From NCBI GenBank assembly GCA_963760795.1, contig CAVXEP010000002.1, positions 149,331 to 213,330 on the forward strand: a DNA stretch of 64,000 nucleotides, written 5' to 3'. Of this stretch, positions 18,710 through 27,282 are shown one piece after another. Numbering within the stretch: the stretch's first letter is position 1; each line of letters starts with the position of its first letter. Both the position numbers and the translations under genes were made by a program. This DNA comes from an uncultured delta proteobacterium (lineage in GTDB: Bacteria > Desulfobacterota > Binatia > UBA9968). Below the pieces are notes generated by a model. The model had not been told where the DNA came from and did no database searches. It was given only the letters and a program-made list of their open reading frames with translations.

Positions 18710-20953
18710 TCATATCTTTCCCATCGCCCGCAAAATCTTTTCCGGCGTGATCGGCAACGAGCGCACGCGCACGCCGAGCGCGTCGTAGACTGCGTTGCCG
18801 ATGGCCGGGCCGACGGTGACGATGGAGGTCTGGGCCATGCCCTTGGAACCGAACGGCCCCGGCCCGTCGCCCTTTTCTAACATCGACGAATAGAAAAACT
18901 CCGGCAGATCCTTCATCACCGGCAGACGATATTGAAATGGATCGCCGTTCTGCAACTGGCCGTCTTGATAAATCGTCTCTTCGAACAGCGCATGGCCGAA
19001 GCCCATCACCGCGCCGCCGTCCACTTGCGCCTTAGCCGAGGAATAGTGAATGGTTTTGCCGGCGTCGGCGATGACCGCGTAGCCGAGAATGCGCAGCTCG
19101 CCGGTGTCGCGGTTCACTTCGAGATCGACCGCCGCACCGCTGGGCGCCCAGTGATCCATGCCGGCGAACGCCGAGTCCTTCACCATCGGCGGCACGCTAT
19201 GATAGCCGACCGCTTTCAAGACCACGCTGGCGCCGACCGCGCGAATGATTTCGTTGATCGAAAAACTCGACTCGCCCCAGCACAGCCGCCCGTCGACGAT
19301 CTGCCAGTCCTTGGCTTCGCCGCCTTTGACCTGCGCCGCCAGCCCGAGCAAATCCTCCTGCAATGTCTTACAGGCGTTGTGCACCGCGTTGCCCATCTGC
19401 ATGGTCGTGCGCTGTGCGCTGACACCGGCGAAGGGCAAATTTACCGCGGTGTCCGGCGTGCCCACGCGAATCTGGCTCTGCGGCAGGTTCAAGGTCTGTG
19501 ACGCCACCACGCTGAATAGATTGTGCGTGCCTTGGCCGATCTCCGGCGCATTGTGTTGGATCGTAAGAACGCCCTGCGCGTCCAGCGTCACCAGCGCATA
19601 GGCCCGGCCGCCGCCTTGAGAACCGTGGCGCAGGCTCAAAGCCATGCCGCGGCCGCGCGCCCAGCGCGGTCCGTTCAAGCTCGGCGCAGGATTCGCTTTG
19701 CCGTCCCATGCGATGCCGGCGATCGCGTCGGTCATCAGATCGAGATAATCGGTATCCATGCGCGGCGTGCCGGTGCAGACAAAATCGCCGCGCAACAGTA
19801 CATTCTTCTTGCGAAACTCGTAGGGATCGATGCCGAGCTGGCGCGCCACGCTATCCATGGTGCACTCGATGCCCCATGTGGTTTGGATCTTCCCAGTGGC
19901 GCGGGTGTGGCCGGCGGGAACTTTGTTGGTGTAAACGCACTTGCCGCGGATGCGCAGGTGGGGAATGCGGTAGCAGCCCCAGGCGGAAATCACTGAGTTG
20001 TGCACCGCGGTGGCGCCGCCGGTGGTGTAGGCGCCGGTGTCAACGACCAGATCGACATCGAGGGCGGTCAAAGTGCCGTCCGCTTTGACGCCGACTCGAG
20101 CTTTGAAAACTTCGGCGTGGCGCGAGTTCTGGCGAAAGCTCTCTTGCGCCGACGGGATCAAGCGAACTGGACGGCCGATCTTGCGCGCAAGAAAGAGCGC
20201 GGCGAAATGCGCCGGCGTCGGTATCTTCGAGCCGAAGCCGCCGCCGACGTAGGGCACGCGCACGCGCACTTTATCCGGCTCGATGCCGAGAAAGTGCGCG
20301 AACTCCGCCGCGTCGCGGGTCGGCGAACTGGTCGGCAGCCAAATATTCGCCTCGCCGTTGACATAGTGCGCGAGAAATCCGCCCACCGGTTCCATCGGAT
20401 GGTGAAACATCGACGGCGACGAGTAAGTCTCCTCGAATATCCGGTGCGCTTGCTTAAAGCCCTCGTCGATGTCACCCCAGGCCAGGCTATCTTCGACCAA
20501 AAGATTGCCGCCGCGATCTTCGTGCAACAGCGGCGCGCCCGGTTCCAGCGCCGCAACCGCATCGAATACCGGCGGCAACGGATCATAGTCGACTTGAATT
20601 TTCGCCAACGCGCGCTCCGCCGTGCGCCTATCTTCGGCAACGACCAGCGCCACCAGATCGCCGTCGTAACGAACTTTATCAATCGCGACAAAGTCCTGGT
20701 CGTCGGTAATTTTTAAATGCTCATGGGGCGCGAGCTTCAGTCGCGGGTTGACGCCATCAAGATGTTCCCGATCGACGACGCCTAAGACTCCGGGTATTTT
20801 AAGCGCTTCGGAACAATCGATGCGGCGAATCTTCGCGTGCGAGTATGGGCTCAACAGTGTCGCGCCGTAGGCCGTGTTGGGCAGATCGGGCAGATCTTCG
20901 ATGTACTCCGCCCGGCCAGTGACTTTGTCTTTCAAGTCGATGCGGGGAGCCAA
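18710..20953 (-). CDS. Xanthine dehydrogenase-family molybdopterin-binding large subunit, atypical copy (true start possibly 21015 via a homopolymer frameshift)
   Basis: DKVTGRAEY, SPYSHAKI, VGGGFGSK, PEIGQG; the active-site motifs read GHTRATGK and KGMAQ. Confidence 0.88.
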   Translation of the reverse strand: MAPRIDLKDKVTGRAEYIEDLPDLPNTAYGATLLSPYSHAKIRRIDCSEALKIPGVLGVVDREHLDGVNPRLKLAPHEHLKITDDQDFVAIDKVRYDGDLVALVVAEDRRTAERALAKIQVDYDPLPPVFDAVAALEPGAPLLHEDRGGNLLVEDSLAWGDIDEGFKQAHRIFEETYSSPSMFHHPMEPVGGFLAHYVNGEANIWLPTSSPTRDAAEFAHFLGIEPDKVRVRVPYVGGGFGSKIPTPAHFAALFLARKIGRPVRLIPSAQESFRQNSRHAEVFKARVGVKADGTLTALDVDLVVDTGAYTTGGATAVHNSVISAWGCYRIPHLRIRGKCVYTNKVPAGHTRATGKIQTTWGIECTMDSVARQLGIDPYEFRKKNVLLRGDFVCTGTPRMDTDYLDLMTDAIAGIAWDGKANPAPSLNGPRWARGRGMALSLRHGSQGGGRAYALVTLDAQGVLTIQHNAPEIGQGTHNLFSVVASQTLNLPQSQIRVGTPDTAVNLPFAGVSAQRTTMQMGNAVHNACKTLQEDLLGLAAQVKGGEAKDWQIVDGRLCWGESSFSINEIIRAVGASVVLKAVGYHSVPPMVKDSAFAGMDHWAPSGAAVDLEVNRDTGELRILGYAVIADAGKTIHYSSAKAQVDGGAVMGFGHALFEETIYQDGQLQNGDPFQYRLPVMKDLPEFFYSSMLEKGDGPGPFGSKGMAQTSIVTVGPAIGNAVYDALGVRVRSLPITPEKILRAMGKI

Positions 20954-21020
20954 GAGGAATTTTGGATTTCAGTCCGCGGGGCCGCTTTTGGATTTTGGAT
21001 TCCATCGGTCACCATTCGGA

Positions 21021-21100
21021 AGTAAGGAGTGAGTAGTAAGGAGTCAGGAGTTTTCGGACCCGATTTCTGACTCCGACTTCTGACTCCTTACTCCTTACTA
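21021..21100. repeat. Heptamer (GTAAGGA/TCCTTAC, CTGACTC) inverted tandem repeat
   Basis: gtaaggagtgagtagtaaggagtcaggagttttcgga...ctgactccgacttctgactccttactccttact. Confidence 0.7.
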
Positions 21101-21108
21101 TTTACTCC

Positions 21109-23391
21109 TCACTTCTTCGTCATCGCCCGCCAAACCACATCCGGCGTCAGCGGCACGGACTGTAATCGAGTGCCGGTCGCGGCGAATACCGCGTTGCCGA
21201 TGGCCGGTGCCACAGGAAGAATGCCGCCTTCGCCCATTCCTTTTGCGCCGTAGGGTCCTGGCCCGCCGCCGCCTTCCATGATCGTGGTGGTGAATTCGCC
21301 GGGCAGATCGGTGAAACGCGGCAGGCAATAATCGATCAGACTGCCGTTGAGCAGTTGGCCATCTTGATAGGCGAGATCTTCAAACAACGCCTGGCCGATG
21401 CCGAACACCGCCGCGCCTTCGTCCTGGGCCTCGCATTGCATCGGATTGATCATCTTGCCGGCGTCGGTGAGCGAGATGTAGCGCAACAACTTCACGGCGC
21501 CGGTCTCGACGTCCACTTCGACTTCCGCCGCGCCAAAACCGATCTCCCAAAACGGCGACGGGAAACCGAGGGGCACGTTCTGGTCCTTTTCGATCTTGAA
21601 ATAACCCCGCCCCCAAATCTCCCCTTCCGATTCTCTGAAGTGACGCTGCATCACTTCGCGAAAGCTCAAACGCTCTTCGCCGCACAACGCCATGCCGTTT
21701 TCCAGTCGCACTTCGCCGGCCGGCGCTTTCAATACGGCGGCCGCCGCTTCGAGCAATTGCCGCCGCGCATCGCGCGCGGCCTTGAGCACCGCTTGGCCCA
21801 TGATCGATGTCGCGCTGCTGGCGTTGGTGCCTTTGTCGAAGGGCGTGGAGTGGGTATCCAACGCGGCGACGCGCACCTGCGCCGGCGGCACGGACAACTC
21901 TTCGGCGACGACTTGCAGGAACGCCGTGCGCATCCCCTGCCCCACTTCGACCGAACCGGTCGACAACAGCACACTGCCGTCGTTGAAGATTTTCACCGCC
22001 GCATTGGCCGGCTTGTTGGTCCCGCCGCCATCTTTCATCGCCGTGGCGATGCCGACGCCGCGCCGTTTGGGTCCATTACTTATTTGACTGCCGTGGGAAT
22101 CCCAACCGATCGCCTGGGCGATGTTTTTCAATCCGGCCTTGAGATCGCAGTCGATGGGCGTATCGCCGGGAGAAAAGCTTTCGCCCCGGTCCAAAAGATT
22201 TTTCATGCGCAGGTCGAAGGGATCGATCGCCATGCGCTGGGCGATCATGTCGGTATGGGTCTCGTAGGCGTAGGCCACCTGCGGTCCGCCGAAGCCGCGA
22301 AATGCGCCGCCGGGGACGGTGTTGGTATATACCGAATAGGCATTCGTCAGCACATGGGGAATCCGATAGGGCCCATGGGCGCGGTAGCCGGCTTTTTCGG
22401 TCACCGATGGACCGGAGTTGGCGTAGGCGCCGCCATCGAGAAAAATCTCACAGTGGCGCGCGACGAACGTGCCGTCCTTCTTGACGCCGGTCTTGAGCGT
22501 CATCTTGGCGCGCGGCTGGCAAATGGTTTTGAAAGTTTCCTCGGCGCCGAACGCCAAGCGTACCGGCCGGCCGCACATGCGCGACAAGCAGGCGGCGATG
22601 CCTTCGGTCTTGATGCCGCTCTTGGCGCCGTAGCCGCCGCCCACCGCGGGCACGATGACGCGCACGCCGCTAAATGGCAGAGCGAAGATTCGCGCCAACT
22701 CTTGGCGCACTGGAAAGGGGCTCTGGGTTGCCGACCACACCGTCAGCGTCTCGCCCTCGAAATGGGCGACGCAGACATGGGGTTCCATCGGATAATGCTG
22801 CGCGCTGGGAAAGTAAAAGGTATCTTCAAAGACTGCATCGGCGTCTTTGAATCCGGCGGCGATATCGCCGCGCTGGTGGCGAAAATGCAGACAGATATTG
22901 CTGTCGTCGTGGACGATATGCGAACCGCCGCGGCCATAGCCAGGGTCTCGGCGCTCGAGCTTTTCATGCACCAACGGCGCGCCCGCCTTGAGCGCGTCGT
23001 CGATGCTGAATACCGCCGGCAACTCTTCATAATCGACGTCGATGAGTGTTAATGCCTGTGCCGCGATGCTCGGTTGCGTCGCCGCCACCGCCGCCACCAT
23101 GTCGCCGGCATAGCGCACTTTGTCGGTGGCGATAATCTGCTGATCGCGCACGTACGCGCCGAAAGAATTGGCCGCGACCTTGATGGTATCGCGCGTGAGC
23201 ACCGCGAGCACGCCCGGCAACGCGCTCGCCCGGCTGGCATCGATGCTGCGGATGCGCGCGTGGGGAACCGGGCTGCGCAGCACTTTGGCATATCCCATCC
23301 CCGGCAGCCGCATATCGCCGGCGTAGACTGCTTTTCCGGCAACCTTTTCAATACCGTCGATGCGTTGGACGTTGCTTCCCACGGAGAACAT
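21109..23391 (-). CDS. Xanthine dehydrogenase-family molybdopterin-binding large subunit, canonical copy
   Basis: RSPVPHARI, VGGGYGAK, GAFRGFGGPQ, EVGQG, AKGMGE (catalytic Glu present). Confidence 0.93.
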   Translation of the reverse strand: MFSVGSNVQRIDGIEKVAGKAVYAGDMRLPGMGYAKVLRSPVPHARIRSIDASRASALPGVLAVLTRDTIKVAANSFGAYVRDQQIIATDKVRYAGDMVAAVAATQPSIAAQALTLIDVDYEELPAVFSIDDALKAGAPLVHEKLERRDPGYGRGGSHIVHDDSNICLHFRHQRGDIAAGFKDADAVFEDTFYFPSAQHYPMEPHVCVAHFEGETLTVWSATQSPFPVRQELARIFALPFSGVRVIVPAVGGGYGAKSGIKTEGIAACLSRMCGRPVRLAFGAEETFKTICQPRAKMTLKTGVKKDGTFVARHCEIFLDGGAYANSGPSVTEKAGYRAHGPYRIPHVLTNAYSVYTNTVPGGAFRGFGGPQVAYAYETHTDMIAQRMAIDPFDLRMKNLLDRGESFSPGDTPIDCDLKAGLKNIAQAIGWDSHGSQISNGPKRRGVGIATAMKDGGGTNKPANAAVKIFNDGSVLLSTGSVEVGQGMRTAFLQVVAEELSVPPAQVRVAALDTHSTPFDKGTNASSATSIMGQAVLKAARDARRQLLEAAAAVLKAPAGEVRLENGMALCGEERLSFREVMQRHFRESEGEIWGRGYFKIEKDQNVPLGFPSPFWEIGFGAAEVEVDVETGAVKLLRYISLTDAGKMINPMQCEAQDEGAAVFGIGQALFEDLAYQDGQLLNGSLIDYCLPRFTDLPGEFTTTIMEGGGGPGPYGAKGMGEGGILPVAPAIGNAVFAATGTRLQSVPLTPDVVWRAMTKK

Positions 23392-23522
23392 TACGCAGGT
23401 TCCTTATCTTCTCAACTTAGCGTTCCACCGTTCGACCAACTTTCGCTAGGGCGATCCCAGCCGACCTTGACGTTGACAACAATCTTGGCCTTCGGTTAAG
23501 TGGCCTTGACGAATGAAGTTTC

Positions 23523-24281
23523 ATGACGGGAAAGGAATTAACCGTGGCTGACCATATCAAAATGACTCCGCAGGAAGCAAAACAAAAATCCGAGGCGATC
23601 CGCAAAATCATCCTCGACACCTATCACAATGAAGTGAAGCCATCGCCGTTCTTCACCGACCTGCGCGCCGGTACTTTGTCGCAAGCGCGCCTCCAGGGTT
23701 GGATCAGAAACTGGTATTCCTTCGCACTCGAGGTCAACACAGGAATGGCTACCTCTTACCACCAGTTCGTCGGCTTTTTTAAGCGCCATCCCGATATAGA
23801 AAATCGCATCGCGCAGAAGATCGGCGAAGAATTCACCACCCCCGCCATCGGCGGCCACGCGCGCATGCTGCCGGTCCTCGGCAAAGCCTTGGGCGTCACG
23901 CCGGAGCAAATGATCGAATGCGAACTGATACCCGAAGCGCGCGGCTTGGTAGACTTCTTCGTGCGTTCCTGGATCGATATCCCGTTAGCCGAATGCTACG
24001 CGGTGCATATGGAAGAAGAGATCTTCGGCTTCATCTCCCGCGACTTCCGCCAGAGTCTGCCCAAGTACGGCATTACCAACGAGGACATGAAGTATTTCCG
24101 CGTCCATGAGGAAGCCGATCTCGACGAGGACCACGGCGGCACCAATCAAGCAATCTTGGAAGTGGCGTTACAGGAAGGTTACGGCAACGAACGCGCCGGC
24201 TGGCCGCTGGAGTACTGCGGCAAGATCGCCGTGCAAATGATCGGTAACTTTTATGACGGCGTGTACCGGCGCTATCCGTAG
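23523..24281 (+). CDS. Heme-oxygenase-like diiron protein (TenA/PqqC/CADD-like)
   Basis: SPFFTDLRAGTLS, IGEEF...GGHARM, HMEEE, YFRVHEEADLDEDH. Confidence 0.72.
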   Translation: MTGKELTVADHIKMTPQEAKQKSEAIRKIILDTYHNEVKPSPFFTDLRAGTLSQARLQGWIRNWYSFALEVNTGMATSYHQFVGFFKRHPDIENRIAQKIGEEFTTPAIGGHARMLPVLGKALGVTPEQMIECELIPEARGLVDFFVRSWIDIPLAECYAVHMEEEIFGFISRDFRQSLPKYGITNEDMKYFRVHEEADLDEDHGGTNQAILEVALQEGYGNERAGWPLEYCGKIAVQMIGNFYDGVYRRYP

Positions 24282-24290
24282 GCGAGACGG

Positions 24291-24400
24291 CGGTTCAATC
24301 CGTTCAACCGCTGCGCTCCGTTCAAGCCGTTCAAATCGTAATTCCGAACCGATCGAATCCGACGTCTTAAACTACTAGAACGAATTGACCGGTTGGAACG
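24291..24400. repeat. 9-mer (CGTTCAAnn) tandem repeat
   Basis: cggttcaatccgttcaaccg...ccgttcaagccgttcaaatcg, with a degenerate inverted partner ttgaccggttggaacg. Confidence 0.65.
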
Positions 24401-24445
24401 AGATCGAACCGCCATAGCTGTCAACGAAATTTGCTCGGAGGATTT

Positions 24446-25384
24446 GTGACCAAGTTCGGAGTATTTTTGCCGGTCTCCGGCCGCGCCGCCAGCCGCAATA
24501 CGCTGCGCCAAGCGGCGCAAGAAGCGGAAACGCTGGGCTACGATTCGGTTTGGGCCGCGGACCGTTTGGTGATCCCGTGGAAAATCGGCACCACCTATCC
24601 CTATAGCAAGGAAGCGACGTTCATCGTCCCGCCCGACCGGCCGTTTTTCGATACCATGACTTGCCTGGCCTTCCTGGCCGGCTGCACCGAGACCATTCAG
24701 TTAGGCATGAGCGTCATGGTGCTGCCCTACCGCCATCCGCTCCACTGGTCGCGCATCGCCACGACCATCGATCAATTGTCCACCGGCCGGTTGATTCTCG
24801 GCGTCGGCGTCGGCTGGATGGAGGAAGAGTTCGCCGCCATGAACGCGCCGTTCAAAGAACGCGGCAAGGTTTCCGACGAACAGTTGACGCTGCTCAAGCA
24901 GTTATGGAGCGAAGAGCACATCACTTTTCACGGCAAGTATTATAACGTCGACGACATCGCCGTTTTGCCCAAGCCCTATCAAAAGCCACGGCTGCCGATC
25001 TGGGTCGGCGGCGAGGGCAAATACGCCCAGCGCCGCGCCGGCCGGTTCGGCGACGCCTGGTTTCCCTATTTCGTCAAAGTCACGCCCGAGCAGTTGGCCG
25101 CCGGCTATGACAACGTCCGCGCCGAGGCGAAAAAAGCCGGCCGCGATCCCGATGAAGTCCAACTCGCATGCTGCTTACCCGTCGAACTCACGCCAACCGA
25201 CGGACCGCAAATCACCGACTATCTCAAAGGCAGCATTGACCAGGTCAAAGAAAGATTGAAGCAGTTCATCGCCGTCGGCTGCGTTCACATCGGCTTGCAA
25301 TTCATGATCCCGCACTATCCCGAACGGCGCGAGCAGATCGAACGCTTCGCCAAGGAAGCGCTGGCGGAGTTAAAATTAACGTGA
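24446..25384 (+). CDS. LLM-class oxidoreductase, probable F420-dependent (TIGR03619-like)
   Basis: GGAGG RBS + GTG; AETLGYDSVWAADRLVIP, ATTIDQLSTGRLILGVGVGWMEEEF, PKPYQKPRLPIWVGG. Confidence 0.85.
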   Translation: MTKFGVFLPVSGRAASRNTLRQAAQEAETLGYDSVWAADRLVIPWKIGTTYPYSKEATFIVPPDRPFFDTMTCLAFLAGCTETIQLGMSVMVLPYRHPLHWSRIATTIDQLSTGRLILGVGVGWMEEEFAAMNAPFKERGKVSDEQLTLLKQLWSEEHITFHGKYYNVDDIAVLPKPYQKPRLPIWVGGEGKYAQRRAGRFGDAWFPYFVKVTPEQLAAGYDNVRAEAKKAGRDPDEVQLACCLPVELTPTDGPQITDYLKGSIDQVKERLKQFIAVGCVHIGLQFMIPHYPERREQIERFAKEALAELKLT

Positions 25385-25614
25385 TCGTAGCCCGTGTTCG
25401 TGCTCGTGTAGAATCCATTCACCACGAAGGTCACAAGAGCACAACGTTCGGAATATTCATTAATCATCCGAACCCTTCGTGTCCTTCGTGCCTTCGTGGT
25501 GAAAATATCCTTTGCCATCCAACGCCACAGCTTGAACTTCCCAGGCCTGACGTGGATAAAAATTAGCATCGGTAAACGGATACTGACAATCACAGAGAAG
25601 GAAGGATAGTTTTC

Positions 25615-26620
25615 ATGGCCAATTTACCCAGAGTTGCATTGATTTTGACCGGCGGCACCATCGACTCGGTGGGCAAGGACCGACTTGATCTCGCCTGGTA
25701 CATCGAAGCGGGCAAGCGTTTGAACGACGGCGAACTGCTCGAACAGCTGCCAGAACTAAAAGGTATCGCCGAGATACAAGAGATTCCCTTTCGCCGCTTA
25801 CCCAGCCACGCGCTGGTGGACAAAGACTGGCTCGATCTCGTGCGCACCATCCATAAGATCTTCGACGACGACAAAGCCGATGGCATCGTCATCACCCACG
25901 GTACAAATACGATTGAAGAGACCGCCTATTTCTTAAATCTCGTGCTCAAGACCGATAAGCCGGTGGTGGTGGTCGGTTCCATGCGTCCGTCGTCGGCGAT
26001 CAGCGCGGACGGTTATTTGAATTTGGTCAACGCCGTCAAAGTCGCCGCCGATCCGAGTTCCCGCGGCCGCGGCTGCTTGCTGGTGATGAACGATACGATT
26101 TTCAACGGCCGGGACGTAACGAAGAACGCCACCTACCGCGTCGAAGCTTTTCAGTCGCGCGACTTGGGCCCGCTCGGCTTCGCCGACGGCGACGGCAAAA
26201 TCGTTTACTACCACACGCCGGTGCGCAAGCACACGACGGCAACCGAGTTCGACGTGCGGCAATCTGGAATCGCTACCGCGCGTCGACATGGTCGTCTCGT
26301 ATGTCGGCGCCGACGGCACCATGATCGAAGCCGCAGCCAAGGCCGGCGCCAAAGGCATCGTCAGCGCCGGCACCGGCGCCGGCCGGCCGACCCCCGCGGA
26401 AGATGCCGCCTTCGACAAGTGTTTCAAAGAAACCGGCATGCTCATGTGCCTGTGCAGCCGCGTCGCCGCCGGCCGCGTCGTGCGCAGCCCAGGCCTACAA
26501 CGCCGCGGCTTCGTCGCCGGCGACAACTTGCAGCCATGGAAAGCGCGCTTGCTGCTCGCTCTCGCTTTGACCAAGACCATCAACCCCGATGAAATTCAAA
26601 GGATGATAGATACTTACTGA
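25615..26620 (+). CDS. L-asparaginase/glutaminase family protein (frameshift near 26265)
   Basis: LTGGTI, VITHGTNTIEETAYF, VVGSMRP, ADGYLNL, VTK; the C-terminal half GAKGIVSAGTGAG...DNLQPWKARLLL is in the next frame. Confidence 0.9.
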
Positions 26621-26625
26621 TTCTA
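26353..26625 (+). repeat. Direct repeat copy 1 (3' end of the asparaginase gene, 273 bp)
   Basis: Matches 31108-31380 from aggcatcgtcagcg to tacttactgattcta; about 11 substitutions and 2 single-base indels by manual count. Confidence 0.95.
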
Positions 26626-26863
26626 CTTTTAATGCCGTGTCAGCTCAGCAAGGGTTCACGCGCGAAGGGTATTGATCTGCGTGCTGCCCCGTTTGACTGG
26701 CACGGCGAGTTGCTCCCGGCAGTTTCTTCCGATCCGACGGTAAACCAATTGTCTCCGCCTTCGTCTGCATCCAGGCAAAGCGAAGTGATGGCTCAAGCGA
26801 CACCTCTGCGTCCTGGGCCGCAGTGCGCTGTTGCTTGAAACACAAAGCTCGTTGGATCTGAGG

Positions 26864-27159
26864 CTAATTCTAAGACTCGTCTTACGGTACTGTCTTTGAG
26901 CCTACGTTTACACGGCCGCCCTCGGTTCCCGTGAACCACTCCCTTGGCTCCGGCCTTACTCACCCGGGCTTTGATCCGGTAACTTTGCCGTTCGCTTAGT
27001 CCCATGACCAGTGCGGCTTGTCCCACGGTCAACTCATTGCGATACACTCGTTGAATTACGTCTAGTCGTTTCTCGTTTCTCATTGTCAGGGTTGTCATCC
27101 TTCCACCCTGACATAATTACGTTGCCGTTAACCCCTGACATAATCATGTTGCTACTACA
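26864..27159 (-). mobile_element. Truncated IS1202/IS481-like (ISNCY) element: left end plus transposase N-terminal HTH
   Basis: Minus strand begins TGTAGTAGCAAC with two 20-bp subterminal repeats (27106-27125, 27133-27152); ORF MTTLTMRNEKRLDVIQRV...GLSERQSYRIKARV...GVVHGNRGRP; no DDE domain. Confidence 0.8.
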
Positions 27160-27282
27160 TGCAGTTAAACATTTGTTGACATCATGAGCGATGCTGTTCT
27201 AACAATCTGAGGTGCCTTGATGGTTAGACTCGTTATCACCCCATTGCCGCCGATGCCAAGCCGAATGTGATAGGAGGTTCTT

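Noticed and set aside
21355-23052. Long antisense ORFs (also 11550-12530, 46057-47157, 51302-52285, 54636-55802)
   Set aside because: They are shadows of well-supported genes on the opposite strand in GC-rich DNA and have no motifs of their own
17092-23391. Aerobic CO dehydrogenase
   Set aside because: Neither large subunit has AYxCSFR (form I) or AYRGAGR (form II), and no cox accessory genes are present
24291-24400. CRISPR array, here and at other tandem repeats such as 12571-12670 and 21021-21100
   Set aside because: Units are 7-9 nt without unique spacers, and no cas genes are present
27160-27190. dif/xrs-like target site next to the IS1202-like end (also ttatcatgtaaat near 31400)
   Set aside because: Only a partial match to one Xer arm; no 11-6-11 structure
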